From: Phycisphaerae bacterium
GTDB taxonomy: Bacteria; Planctomycetota; Phycisphaerae; UBA1845
NCBI GenBank assembly: GCA_963666835.2
Contig: CAXXGO010000003.1
Span: forward strand, 32,001-96,000
Direction: 5' to 3'
DNA: 64,000 nucleotides
The notes under the pieces are model-generated. The model did no database searches. It had not been told where the DNA came from and saw only the letters and a list, made by a program, of their open reading frames with translations. Both the position numbers and the translations under genes were made by a program. Shown piece by piece: positions 48,662 to 58,601 of the stretch. Within the stretch, counting starts at the first letter, position 1, and each line of letters opens with the position of its first letter.

Positions 48662-49969
48662 ATGGCCGAGTACGAACCAGTGTTACTCAGGAATGTCGGA
48701 GTCGAAGACTCGACGTCCCTGGAGGTTTACGAATCACGCGGCGGTTACAGCGCGATTCGCAAGGCTCTTTCGTCCACCCCGGACGAGGTCGTAGAGGAAG
48801 TGAAGCGGGCCAACCTTCGCGGACGCGGCGGCGCCGGTTTCCCGGCCGGGATCAAGTGGGGGTTCCTTCCGAGGGATCGAACAACGACGTATCTGTGCGT
48901 GAACGCGGACGAATCGGAGCCTCCGACCTTCTCGAATCGCGTATTGATCGAGGGCGATCCGCATCAGCTTATTGAGGGGATTCTCATTGCGGGTTACGCC
49001 ACGCAGGCGGCCGTCGCCTACGTGTACATGCGCGGCGAATTTCACGAGCAATTCCACGTGCTGCAGAAGGCGATCGACGAGGCCTACGCTGCGGGATACC
49101 TGGGCAAGGGGGTCTTCGGGGGCGATTTCTCACTGGATTGTTATATCCACCGTGGAGCCGGGGCTTACGTCTGCGGCGAGGAAACGGGGCTGATCGAGTC
49201 GATCGAAGGCAAGCGGGGGTCGCCGCGGATCAAGCCGCCGTTCCCCGCGATTGAGGGACTGTTTAACAAACCGACGGTGGTGAATAACGTCGAGACCCTG
49301 GCGAACTTGCCGCACATCATCGAACGTGGCGCGAGCTGGTTTACCAGTATCGGTCCGGAGCACAGTACGGGGCCTAAGCTCTTCTGTGTAAGCGGTCCGG
49401 TTGCCAGACCCGGCTGTTACGAGGCGGCGATGGACATCACCGTGCGTGATATCATTGAACGCTCGGACATGGGCCGGGGCATGGCGGACGGCCGCCGGTT
49501 CAAGGGCGTGCTGCCCGGCGGGGTTTCTATGGGGATCCTCACCGCCGACGAGCTGGACATGAAGATGGACTTCGTGGATCCGGCCAACTACGGCCTGCTC
49601 GGGCTGGGTACCGCGGCGGCAGTGGTCATCGATGAAGACACGGACATCCGCGTGGTCTTGCGGAGTATGGCGAGGTTTTACGGAACGGAATCGTGCGGTC
49701 AGTGTACGCAGTGCCGGGAAGGCACGGCGTGGATGTACAAGATAGCCTCGCGAATCGCGGACGGTGCGGGGCGGATAGAGGATTTGGACGTCCTCCTTGA
49801 AACCGCCCGCGATATTGGCATGATGCCGGGACTGAGCATTTGCGGATTGTCGGACGGCGCTACGTATCCGATTGAGACGATTGTGACAAAGTATCGCAGC
49901 GAGTTGGAAGCGGCGATTCGCGCTCAGCCGGCAGGGCGGACGGACGAGGTGCTTCGGGCGGTGTGTTAG
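48662..49969 (+). CDS. nuoF: NADH-quinone oxidoreductase subunit F
   Basis: LRGRGGAGFP, NADESEP, GAGAYVCGEETGLIESIEG, ESCGQCTQCREG. Confidence 0.97.
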   Translation: MAEYEPVLLRNVGVEDSTSLEVYESRGGYSAIRKALSSTPDEVVEEVKRANLRGRGGAGFPAGIKWGFLPRDRTTTYLCVNADESEPPTFSNRVLIEGDPHQLIEGILIAGYATQAAVAYVYMRGEFHEQFHVLQKAIDEAYAAGYLGKGVFGGDFSLDCYIHRGAGAYVCGEETGLIESIEGKRGSPRIKPPFPAIEGLFNKPTVVNNVETLANLPHIIERGASWFTSIGPEHSTGPKLFCVSGPVARPGCYEAAMDITVRDIIERSDMGRGMADGRRFKGVLPGGVSMGILTADELDMKMDFVDPANYGLLGLGTAAAVVIDEDTDIRVVLRSMARFYGTESCGQCTQCREGTAWMYKIASRIADGAGRIEDLDVLLETARDIGMMPGLSICGLSDGATYPIETIVTKYRSELEAAIRAQPAGRTDEVLRAVC

Positions 49970-50015
49970 GCGGGCCCCGATGGGGCGGCGAATACGGGTT
50001 GATGTGGCAGGTTAG

Positions 50016-51638
50016 ATGCCCAAGATCATCATCGACAACCACGAGGTAGAGTGCCGTGAAGGTGTCTCCGTGTTGGAGGCAGCTTTGGAGGCCGGGTGGG
50101 ACGTGCCGCATTACTGTTTCCATCCCGGGCTCAAGGTCGTGGCCTCGTGCCGGCTCTGCCTTATGGAAATGAAGATGCCGCACCCTCAGACCCGCGATCT
50201 GGCCTGGGCGCCCAAGCTTATTCCCTCGTGCCAGACGAAGGTGCGCGAGGGCATGGAGATCCGGTTTGACTCCGACAAGGTCCGCAGGAACCGGCAGCAG
50301 TGCCTCGAGTTGTTGCTGCTGAACCACCCGTTGGACTGCCCGGTGTGCGATCAGGCGGGTGAGTGTCTTTTGCAGGACTACGCGGAGAAGTACGGCCGGG
50401 CGGAGTCGCGCATGGTCGACGCCAAATACAAAGACCCCAAGCGGGACATCGGGCCGCGCACGCTGTTGTATTCAGATCGCTGCGTGATGTGTACGAGGTG
50501 TGTCCGTTTCACTGCGGAGATCTCCGGCACGCACGAATTGGCGGTCGTCAACCGCGGATCACGTAACTCCATCGATGCCTTCCCAGGTCGACCCTTGGAC
50601 AATCCTCTGCAGGGCAATGTTGTTGATGTGTGTCCGGTCGGCTCGATGCTGGATAAGGACTTCCGCTTCAAGCAGCGCGTCTGGTTCCTGGAATCGACTC
50701 CGTCGGTTTGCCCGGGCTGCGCGCAGGGCTGTTCGATCTGGATTCACAAGAAGGATGACACGGTGTACCGCCTCAAACCGCGCTACAACCCCAAGGTGAA
50801 CACCTGGTGGATGTGTGATGAGGGGCGGTTCGGGTTCAAGTATCTCGACGACGAGGGGCGCATCACTGTGCCCTTGGTTCGCCGCGGACAGGAGAAGACC
50901 CGCCCGCGGTGGGAGGATATTCCTGAACTCGTTCGGGTCCGGTTCGGCGAACAAGTGCGAAAGAGCGGTGCCAAGAAGGTGGCTGCGGTGCTCTCGCCCT
51001 TCATGGCGTGTGAAGAGGCTTGGTTGCTGGTTAAGTTCATTCGCGAGCTTGCCCCGGAAGCGACGTTGGTCTTGGGGCCGGTGCCGTGTGTGGGTGAAGA
51101 GCAGCACTTCCCCGTAGGGGCGAGCGGTGATGCAGTGCGATTCACGATTCTGCCGGAGAAATGTCCGAACCGGCGGGGAGTGGAGATGGTGCTGAAAGCG
51201 TTCGGCGGGCCGACGACTGAGTTTGAGGAGTTCACGCAGAAAGGCGTGGATGGCGAGTTCGATGCGATGTGGATCGTCGGCGGCTATCCGCAAGATTGGG
51301 TCGGCACGGAGCTTGTCAAGGCCGCGACGAAGACTGAGTTGTTGGTCGTTCAGGATATGTTTGAGAGTGGCCTTACTTCCGCAGCTTCGATAGTGCTGCC
51401 GGCCGCGGCGTGGGCGGAGCGCGAGGGTAGTTTTGCGAATGCGGCCGGGCTGGTGCAGGCTTTTGCCCGGGCGGTTGCTCCACGCGACGGAGCTTGGGGC
51501 GATGGTCGATATCTGTTCGGGATTGCCGGGTATGAAGGGCTGTACAGCGGAACGCGGGTGCGCGAGCTGATGGCTGAGACGATACCGGCATTCTCAGAGT
51601 TGTATGAACCTCCGGCGAGGCCGGCGCACGCGCACTAG
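50016..51638 (+). CDS. nuoG: NADH-quinone oxidoreductase subunit G (short, 540 aa)
   Basis: Fe-S motifs HYC..SCRLC..PSC, HPLDCPVCDQAGEC, CVMCTRC..CPVG, CPGCAQGC..CDEG. Confidence 0.92.
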   Translation: MPKIIIDNHEVECREGVSVLEAALEAGWDVPHYCFHPGLKVVASCRLCLMEMKMPHPQTRDLAWAPKLIPSCQTKVREGMEIRFDSDKVRRNRQQCLELLLLNHPLDCPVCDQAGECLLQDYAEKYGRAESRMVDAKYKDPKRDIGPRTLLYSDRCVMCTRCVRFTAEISGTHELAVVNRGSRNSIDAFPGRPLDNPLQGNVVDVCPVGSMLDKDFRFKQRVWFLESTPSVCPGCAQGCSIWIHKKDDTVYRLKPRYNPKVNTWWMCDEGRFGFKYLDDEGRITVPLVRRGQEKTRPRWEDIPELVRVRFGEQVRKSGAKKVAAVLSPFMACEEAWLLVKFIRELAPEATLVLGPVPCVGEEQHFPVGASGDAVRFTILPEKCPNRRGVEMVLKAFGGPTTEFEEFTQKGVDGEFDAMWIVGGYPQDWVGTELVKAATKTELLVVQDMFESGLTSAASIVLPAAAWAEREGSFANAAGLVQAFARAVAPRDGAWGDGRYLFGIAGYEGLYSGTRVRELMAETIPAFSELYEPPARPAHAH

Positions 51639-51651
51639 GCGAGCAGGACGC

Positions 51652-51795
51652 GGGTGGCATGGGCCGGGTGCCCGATGGCTTTGGCCGTGGGGGATGGATG
51701 TTGGAGGGTGGTTCGAGTCGTGCGTCTGCGGGTGGATCGGGTCCCCCACCTCTGAAGAGGTGGGCCACCCATCGTGGTTGGGTGGCCCATGGCAT
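51652..51795. repeat. REP-like palindrome cluster between nuoG and nuoH
   Basis: Overlapping hairpins CCCACCTC-TGAA-GAGGTGGG (51745-51764) and TGGGCCACCCA-N7-TGGGTGGCCCA (51761-51789); several GGGTGG/CATGGGCC motifs. Confidence 0.6.
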
Positions 51796-51860
51796 TAGCG
51801 GTGGGGGATGTAATCCCCGAAAGTGCGTTTGAGTTTTGCGATTGATGACGTGGGACGAAC

Positions 51861-53066
51861 ATGGTTGAGTTCTTCACGAGTCAACTTGGCGTGAGCATAG
51901 TTCTGGCGGTGGTCGTGGTCCTCACCTTGCTCGGGATCACGGCCTACTGCATCTTCTTTGAACGGAAGATAGCCGGGTGGATTCAGGACCGCCCCGGTCC
52001 CAACCGGGTGGGTCCGGGAGGTATCTTCCAGCTCGCAGCCGACGGCGGGAAGATGCTGTTCAAGGAAGATGTCGTTCCGGGGCATGTCGATAAGGTCCTG
52101 TTCATCCTCGCTCCGGGCATCATGATGCTTGTGGGGTTTATCACCTTCGCCGCGATCCCGTGGGGTGGGCAGTGGCAACTCGGTGACGACCTGATCAACG
52201 TTCAGGTGGCCAATCCGGACATCGGAGTATTGTACATCCTCGGGGTGGCGTCGATGGGCGTCTACGGGGTGGTGCTCGGCGGTTGGTCCAGCAACAACAA
52301 GTATTCGTTCTTCGGCGCGGTACGGGCGGTCGCCCAGATGCTCAGTTACGAGATTCCACTCGGCTTGTGCATTCTCGTGATCGTCGTGGCCATGGGCACG
52401 CTGAGGCTCGAGGAGATTGCCGTAGCTCAGACCGGGTACTGGTTCGGGTTTATTCCACAGTGGAACGTCTTTCTATACCCGTTGCCTTGCGTGATTCTGT
52501 TCATCACCGTGCTGGCCGAGGCCAACCGGACGCCGTTCGATCTGGCCGAGAGCGAGCAGGAACTTGTTTGCGGGTTCCATACGGAATACGGCGCTCTGAA
52601 ATTCGGGATGTTCTTCCTGGCCGAGTACTCGAGCATGATCACGTTCAGTGCGGTGATTGCCGTGTTGTTCTTCGGCGGCTGGCATTTCCCGTGGATTCCC
52701 TGGACTCAGCCGGGGGCGACGGGTTTCGGGGCCGTGTTGGCGAAGATTGCGGTCCTGTGCGGCAAGGTGACGTTTTCCATCTTCTTGATGATGTGGCTGC
52801 GATGGACGTTGCCGCGGTTGAGGTACGACCAGCTTATGCGCGTGGCCTGGAAGTCGCTGATTCCGATCGGTTTGGCGTTGTTTGTGCTTTCCGTCGGCCT
52901 GCTCTACTTCGGCCTGCAACGCTCGGTGTGGGCTCTGGTGGGCAACGTCGTGATTCTCGGAGCGGTCTTGGCCCTGGCGGGAGCGTCGCGGAGCGAGGTA
53001 ACCGGGAGGGTCTCGAAAGCGGCGCCGGTTCACTCGGGCGCGCTGGAGGCGGGAACGTCTGCATGA
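51861..53066 (+). CDS. nuoH: NADH-quinone oxidoreductase subunit H
   Basis: ERKIAGWIQDRPGPNRVG, AQMLSYE, AEANRTPFDLAESEQELV.GFHTEY, RWTLPRLRYDQLM. Confidence 0.97.
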   Translation: MVEFFTSQLGVSIVLAVVVVLTLLGITAYCIFFERKIAGWIQDRPGPNRVGPGGIFQLAADGGKMLFKEDVVPGHVDKVLFILAPGIMMLVGFITFAAIPWGGQWQLGDDLINVQVANPDIGVLYILGVASMGVYGVVLGGWSSNNKYSFFGAVRAVAQMLSYEIPLGLCILVIVVAMGTLRLEEIAVAQTGYWFGFIPQWNVFLYPLPCVILFITVLAEANRTPFDLAESEQELVCGFHTEYGALKFGMFFLAEYSSMITFSAVIAVLFFGGWHFPWIPWTQPGATGFGAVLAKIAVLCGKVTFSIFLMMWLRWTLPRLRYDQLMRVAWKSLIPIGLALFVLSVGLLYFGLQRSVWALVGNVVILGAVLALAGASRSEVTGRVSKAAPVHSGALEAGTSA

Positions 53067-53671
53067 TGGAAGACAAGGACATTCTGATGGTCGAGGAACC
53101 GCGGTTATCCGCGGCGGAGCGGCTCTATGTCCCGCAGATCTGGGATGGCATGAAAACGACGATCCGCCATTTCTTCCACACGATGTTCAAGGGTGCTATG
53201 ACGGTTCAATATCCCGAGCAGCAGCGCGAGCTTCGCGCAGAGAACTATCGCGGCGTTCATCGGCTGAATAGGGACGCGGAGGGTCGGGTCGCCTGCGTGG
53301 CGTGCTTCATGTGCGAGACGGCATGTCCGGCGCGGTGCATCCATATAGAGGCCGGTGAGGCGCCCTGGGCTGATCGAGAGAAATACCCGGTCAGATTCGA
53401 CATTGACGAGCTGCGCTGCATCTATTGCGGGATGTGTGAGCGGGCCTGTCCGGTGGACGCGATCGAGCTGACTTATCGGTACGATATCGTCGGCCGCTCT
53501 CGAGCGGAGATGGTGTTCGACAAGGAGCGGCTCCTCGAACTGTACGATGAGACGGCCTCGGTTAAGCCGCGAGCCAATCCGCACATTACGGGCTATCCGG
53601 GGACCGGCAAGTCGGCTTCCGAGACGCGGAGTGCTTCGGAGGGTGCTTCAGCGGGAGGTGCGGCGGCGTGA
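53063..53671 (+). CDS. nuoI: NADH-quinone oxidoreductase subunit I
   Basis: 3' part of ORF 52283-53671; TVQYPE, CVACFMCETACP, CIYCGMCERACP; ATGA overlap with nuoH. Confidence 0.95.
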   Translation: MMEDKDILMVEEPRLSAAERLYVPQIWDGMKTTIRHFFHTMFKGAMTVQYPEQQRELRAENYRGVHRLNRDAEGRVACVACFMCETACPARCIHIEAGEAPWADREKYPVRFDIDELRCIYCGMCERACPVDAIELTYRYDIVGRSRAEMVFDKERLLELYDETASVKPRANPHITGYPGTGKSASETRSASEGASAGGAAA

Positions 53672-54429
53672 CGGCAACCACGGCCAACCTGTTGTACCTG
53701 GTGTTTGCCTTCGGGGGTGCCGGGGTCTACTTCCTGCTGCCGCGCGGCGGCCGCTCGAACCCTATCGTCGGGGCAATCCTCGGGTTGTCGACGTTGGTTG
53801 CTTTGCTGATTGTGCTCGGGGTCGGAGTCATCGCGCCGAGTCCGACTACCGGTTGCTTTTACGTCTTGGCTACTATCGCTCTTTTTGCTGCAGTACGAGT
53901 GGTGACCCATTCACGCCCGGTCTATAGCGCTTTGTACTTCGTGCTCGTTGTCGTGGCGGTTGCGGCGTTGCTTCTTCTGCAGCACGCGGAGTTCCTTGCC
54001 GTGGCGCTGATTATCATCTACGCCGGAGCGATTCTCGTTACGTATCTTTTCGTGATTATGCTGGCACATGCCGGCGGCTCGTCGACCTACGATCGGCGGG
54101 CGCGGGAGCCGCTCCTGGCCGTGTTGGCCGGGTTTGCGTTGATGGCGGCAATTGCCGGGCGGGCAGGAGATCTCCCGGCCGGGCAGTCGCCGGAGTCTGC
54201 GCGGTTGGCGGCCGACGTGGCGTACAGCTCGGTGTTCCCGGACAGCAACACGATGGCGATCGGGGCGACGGTGATGACCAAATATGTTGTAGCTCTGGAA
54301 ATCGGCGGCGTGCTGTTGTTGATTGCGATGGTCGGGGCGATCGCCCTCTCGCGGAAGCAGATTCCTCGCGGTGAGCGTCCGAAGCCGCGCGTGATAGGCG
54401 AAATCGGGAAGGAGGTTCCGCCGTACTGA
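53668..54429 (+). CDS. nuoJ: NADH-quinone oxidoreductase subunit J
   Basis: PVYSAL, AEFLAVALIIIYAGAILVTYLFVIML, LLLIAMVGAI. Confidence 0.93.
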   Translation: MTATTANLLYLVFAFGGAGVYFLLPRGGRSNPIVGAILGLSTLVALLIVLGVGVIAPSPTTGCFYVLATIALFAAVRVVTHSRPVYSALYFVLVVVAVAALLLLQHAEFLAVALIIIYAGAILVTYLFVIMLAHAGGSSTYDRRAREPLLAVLAGFALMAAIAGRAGDLPAGQSPESARLAADVAYSSVFPDSNTMAIGATVMTKYVVALEIGGVLLLIAMVGAIALSRKQIPRGERPKPRVIGEIGKEVPPY

Positions 54430-54731
54430 TGCCGGGGACCTCGGAATACATTGTGTTGGGCTCGATTCTCTTCGCCCTCGGCCTGGTGGGGTTCGTATCC
54501 CGCCGGAACTTGATCGTAATGTTCCTCTCGACGGAGGTCATGTTCCAGGGCGTTATTGTGAATGTAGTGGCCTTCGGGCGACTGCACGAGAATCTGGACG
54601 GTCAGGCCTTTGCGCTCTTCCTGCTCGTGATTGCCGCGGTTGAGGCGGGGCTGGCCTTGGGATTGGTAGTATTGTTGCATCGCCGCAAGTCGACGCTGGA
54701 CTCGGAAGCATGGGCGACGATGCGTGGCTAA
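54429..54731 (+). CDS. nuoK: NADH-quinone oxidoreductase subunit K
   Basis: RRNLIVMFLSTE, GQAFALFLLVIAAVEAGLAL. Confidence 0.95.
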   Translation: MPGTSEYIVLGSILFALGLVGFVSRRNLIVMFLSTEVMFQGVIVNVVAFGRLHENLDGQAFALFLLVIAAVEAGLALGLVVLLHRRKSTLDSEAWATMRG

Positions 54732-54818
54732 CCAAGCTTGTGAGAATGGCTGGAGACGACGGGTCGAGGGTGCGTAGAAGAGTCGGACTTAAAAGCCGGT
54801 TCAGTAGATAGTAATAAG

Positions 54819-56777
54819 ATGAGCGTTGAGACGCTGGAAACCCTGAAACTCTGCGGGATTGTGATCCTGCTGGCCCCGCTCGCCGGAGCGGTGTTGGCCG
54901 GGGGTCTGTCTCCCGTTCTTCGCGGCCGGGCGCATTGGCCGGCGATCCTTGGTGTCGGCGCCGCGTTTGCTGCGGCTCTCTGTGTGCTTATCCATGTGGC
55001 TGACGCCCCAGCGGGTGAGGTCGTGGCCAAGATCCCGGTCTACGAGTGGATCGCCGGCGGCACCGGGTCATCGTTCAACGTAGAATTCCTGATCGATCCG
55101 CTCACCGCAATCATGCTGGTGACGGTTACCGGTATATCCCTCCTTGTCGTCATCTACTCGCGCGACTACATGCGTGAGCGCGGGCAGCCGGAGCGGGGAT
55201 ACGAGCGGTTCTTTGCATTCATGGCGTTGTTCGTGTTCGCCATGAGCGCTTTAGTGCTCGGTGGCAATCTGCTCTTGCTCTACCTCGGGTGGGAAGGCGT
55301 CGGGCTGTGCAGTTACTTGCTGATCGGTTTCTACTACGGAAAGCCATCCGCGGCCGCCGCGGCAAAGAAGGCGTTTCTGGTGAACCGGGTTGGTGACTTC
55401 GGCTTCGGCCTGGGCATCTTCCTGATTTATCTGAGCTTCGGCACCCTGCAATACGACGAAGTGTTCCGCATGGTGCAACAGGGCGTCCTTGCCGGTGGCG
55501 AGCCGCTTACCGACGGCCGGGTCACGGCCATTGCACTACTGCTGTTGTGCGGGGCTTGCGGCAAGAGTGCGCAACTTCCTCTGCACGTGTGGTTGCCGGA
55601 TGCGATGGAGGGCCCGTCTCCGGTTTCCGCACTCATTCACGCTGCGACGATGGTGACGGCCGGGGTGTTTATGGTGGCGCGCTGTGGTGCCATCTTTACG
55701 GCGTCGGCGACGGCGATGGCGGTTGTAGCGGTCATCGGGGCGGTGACGGCTCTGTTTGCGGCCACGATTGCGCTGGTCCAGACGGACATGAAGCGCATTT
55801 TGGCCTATTCTACGATAAGCCAGTTGGGCTATATGTTCCTCGGCGTGGGCGTATACGCGGCCGACTCGGCGATTTTCCATCTGTTTACGCATGCGTTTTT
55901 CAAGGCCTGCCTGTTCCTCGGGGCGGGGAGCGTGATGCATGCGATGGGCGGGATTATTGACGTCCGCCGGTTTGGAGGGCTGCGCAAGATCCTGCCGGTG
56001 ACGTTTATTACGTTCCTACTGGGGTCGCTGGCGCTGGCGGGATTCCCGATGTTCAGCGGTTTCTTCAGTAAAGACGAGATTATCCACCACGCGTTGTCGC
56101 ACCATTGGATTCTCGGTGGTATCGGGCTGGTGACGGCGTTGTTGACGGCGTTCTACACCTTCCGCATGGTGTTTTTGGCCTTCTTCGGTCCGCAGCGGGT
56201 GCCGGAACGGGTGCACGCGCACGAGTCCGGCGGGTGGATGCTTGTGGCGTTGATCGCGCTGGCGATCGGGGCCGTCGGGGCGGGCTATGTCGGGGTCGGC
56301 CCGAAGCCATTCCATGAGTTCCTTGCGCCGGTGTTCGCCCATACTTTTGTGGCCAACAATCCGGTAACCAGTCACGGGCACGCGGCGGGGCATGCGGGCT
56401 TCTGGGCGGAGTACGGTCTGATGGTTGTCTCCGGTGGGCTGGTGATCATCGCCATTCTCGCGGCGTACGTGCTGTACGTTAGACAGCCGTGGATTCCCGC
56501 ACTGGTCAAGGCCTCTTTCCCAGGGGCGCATCGGGTGCTGTGGAATAAGTACTATGTTGATGAACTGTACGACGAGGGCTTGATCGAGCCGGCGCGGACG
56601 AGCGGGCGGGCTTGTGTCGGTGCGGATGATTTCGTGATCGATGGGGTGCTTTGGCTGATAACTATGGTTCCGCGTTCCCTGGCGTATCTTCTGCAAACCT
56701 TGCAGAGCGGGGCGTTGCAGGGTTATGCCGTCACGATGTTGGCGGCGGCGGCGATAATCGGGATGTTGATTCTCTGA
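54819..56777 (+). CDS. nuoL: NADH-quinone oxidoreductase subunit L
   Basis: GWEGVGLCSYLLIGF, GKSAQLPLHVWLPDAMEGPSPVSALIHAATMVTAG, HAFFKA. Confidence 0.97.
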   Translation: MSVETLETLKLCGIVILLAPLAGAVLAGGLSPVLRGRAHWPAILGVGAAFAAALCVLIHVADAPAGEVVAKIPVYEWIAGGTGSSFNVEFLIDPLTAIMLVTVTGISLLVVIYSRDYMRERGQPERGYERFFAFMALFVFAMSALVLGGNLLLLYLGWEGVGLCSYLLIGFYYGKPSAAAAAKKAFLVNRVGDFGFGLGIFLIYLSFGTLQYDEVFRMVQQGVLAGGEPLTDGRVTAIALLLLCGACGKSAQLPLHVWLPDAMEGPSPVSALIHAATMVTAGVFMVARCGAIFTASATAMAVVAVIGAVTALFAATIALVQTDMKRILAYSTISQLGYMFLGVGVYAADSAIFHLFTHAFFKACLFLGAGSVMHAMGGIIDVRRFGGLRKILPVTFITFLLGSLALAGFPMFSGFFSKDEIIHHALSHHWILGGIGLVTALLTAFYTFRMVFLAFFGPQRVPERVHAHESGGWMLVALIALAIGAVGAGYVGVGPKPFHEFLAPVFAHTFVANNPVTSHGHAAGHAGFWAEYGLMVVSGGLVIIAILAAYVLYVRQPWIPALVKASFPGAHRVLWNKYYVDELYDEGLIEPARTSGRACVGADDFVIDGVLWLITMVPRSLAYLLQTLQSGALQGYAVTMLAAAAIIGMLIL

Positions 56778-56807
56778 TGACGAGGTTGAACCTCGAGGAC
56801 TGGCGCG

Positions 56808-58601
56808 TTGAATAGCTGGATACTCACGGCTGTTGTATTTTCTCCGTTGGTGGGGGCCCTGCTGCTGTGGCTGCCGCCGCGTGGGGACGACGTTGGTGTG
56901 CGCCGCAGCGCGTTGTTCTACTCGCTGATTACGCTGGCGTTGACGATCGTCGCGATAGTCCGGTTCTACGCTCCGGAGACGTCGGCCACCGGTGAGCCGG
57001 TGTCATACCGGCTGGCTTATTCCACCGGGTGGATCGTCGGGGCCGACCCGGGTTCGTTGGATCCGCAAGATCGAGCGCGTGAGATTGGGATTGCGTATCG
57101 GGTCGGGGTGGACGGTATCAGCATCTGGCTGCTGGCTTTGACCTCTTTCCTCACTCCGTTGGCGATCTGGTCCAGTTTCTCGGGCATTCGCAGGCGCGTG
57201 CGCGAGTATTACACGCTCCTGCTGCTTCTTCAGGTCGGCATGTCGGGGGTGTTCTGCAGTCTGGACTTGCTGCTGTTCTATGTGTTTTTCGAGTTCACGC
57301 TGGTCCCGCTGTACTTCCTGATCGGGATTTGGGGCGGTCCCCAGCGCCGCCAGGCGGCCAATAAGTTCTTCGTCTATACCCTTGCCGGGAGCGTATTGAC
57401 GTTCGCCGGTGTCATCTACCTGGCCTTCTACACGTACGAGGTCCTCGGCTTTGTTACTCTGAGCCTCGAAGAACTTTCCCAGATGGGGCAGCAGGGCCTG
57501 CTTGCTCCGCCGGTGCAATGGTGGCTCTTCCTGGCATTTGCGGCCGGGTTTGCGATTAAGGTCCCGCTCTTTCCGGTTCACACATGGCTTCCGTTGGCGC
57601 ATACCGAAGCGCCGACAGCCGGTAGCGTGATCCTCGCGGGTGTGCTGCTGAAGCTGGGCACGTATGGGTTCTGCCGCTTGAGCATTCCCATCCTGCCGGC
57701 GGCCAGTTTCGAGCTGGCGCCCGTAGTCGCGGTGCTTGCGATCATCGGGATCATCTACGCGGCGCTGGCCGCGTGGGTGCAGACTGATGTCAAGAAGCTC
57801 GTGGCGTATTCCTCCGTGTCCCACCTCGGGTTCTGCATGCTGGGGCTGTTCAGCCTTAAGGTGGCCGGGGTGAGCGGGGCGGTGTTGTACATGGTCAACC
57901 ATGGCCTCTCCACCGGTGCTCTCTTCCTGGTGGTCGGTTGTGTCTATGAACGCTACCACACGCGCGACATTCACAAGATTGGCGGGCTTGCCCGCCCGAT
58001 GCCCTGGATGGCGTTCTTCCTGGTTTTCTTCACCCTCAGCAGTATCGGATTGCCCGGGCTGAACGGGTTTGTCGGGGAGTTCCTCGTGTTGCTCGGCACG
58101 GCCACGTCGGGATCGGTTGCCGATCTACGCCCGGCCGGTCCGTTGGGTTATGGTTACGTTATCCCGGCGGCGTTGGGGATCATTCTGGGGGCGGTGTACA
58201 TGCTCTGGATGTGCCGGTGCGTGCTGTTCGGGCCGTTGAAGGAGCCTCCCAATACTCCGGATACCTCGGCGGGGCTGGCCAAGGACCTGACCAGAAGAGA
58301 GATTACGCTGCTGGCCCCGATTGCGCTTTGCTGCGTGTTCCTCGGAGTGTATCCGAAGCCGATGCTTGATTCCTTTGAAACTTCGATTCGCGAGCACGTT
58401 TTGCGAACTTCGGTTTCTTCGTTCCACGCCACTGCGGGCGACGATTCATTGGCCGCAGATGTGGAAGGGCGAGAGCCCGAAGCCGTGGCGGGGGCGTTTG
58501 ATTGGGTCGTGCCCGGCGGGGGATTGCCGGTGTCGCGTGACTTGCCGGTAGCAGTGGCGGTCGGCTCCGAGACTGACGGAGGATCTGCCGTTGAACGCTG
58601 A
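56808..58601 (+). CDS. nuoM: NADH-quinone oxidoreductase subunit M
   Basis: GVDGIS, AIKVPLFPVHTWLP.AHTEAPTAGS, LKLGTYG, GLPGLNGFVGEF. Confidence 0.97.
   Translation: MNSWILTAVVFSPLVGALLLWLPPRGDDVGVRRSALFYSLITLALTIVAIVRFYAPETSATGEPVSYRLAYSTGWIVGADPGSLDPQDRAREIGIAYRVGVDGISIWLLALTSFLTPLAIWSSFSGIRRRVREYYTLLLLLQVGMSGVFCSLDLLLFYVFFEFTLVPLYFLIGIWGGPQRRQAANKFFVYTLAGSVLTFAGVIYLAFYTYEVLGFVTLSLEELSQMGQQGLLAPPVQWWLFLAFAAGFAIKVPLFPVHTWLPLAHTEAPTAGSVILAGVLLKLGTYGFCRLSIPILPAASFELAPVVAVLAIIGIIYAALAAWVQTDVKKLVAYSSVSHLGFCMLGLFSLKVAGVSGAVLYMVNHGLSTGALFLVVGCVYERYHTRDIHKIGGLARPMPWMAFFLVFFTLSSIGLPGLNGFVGEFLVLLGTATSGSVADLRPAGPLGYGYVIPAALGIILGAVYMLWMCRCVLFGPLKEPPNTPDTSAGLAKDLTRREITLLAPIALCCVFLGVYPKPMLDSFETSIREHVLRTSVSSFHATAGDDSLAADVEGREPEAVAGAFDWVVPGGGLPVSRDLPVAVAVGSETDGGSAVER

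Noticed and set aside
52283..53062. N-terminal extension of the 462-aa ORF containing NuoI
   Set aside because: Out-of-frame overlap with nuoH; the true start is ATG 53063.
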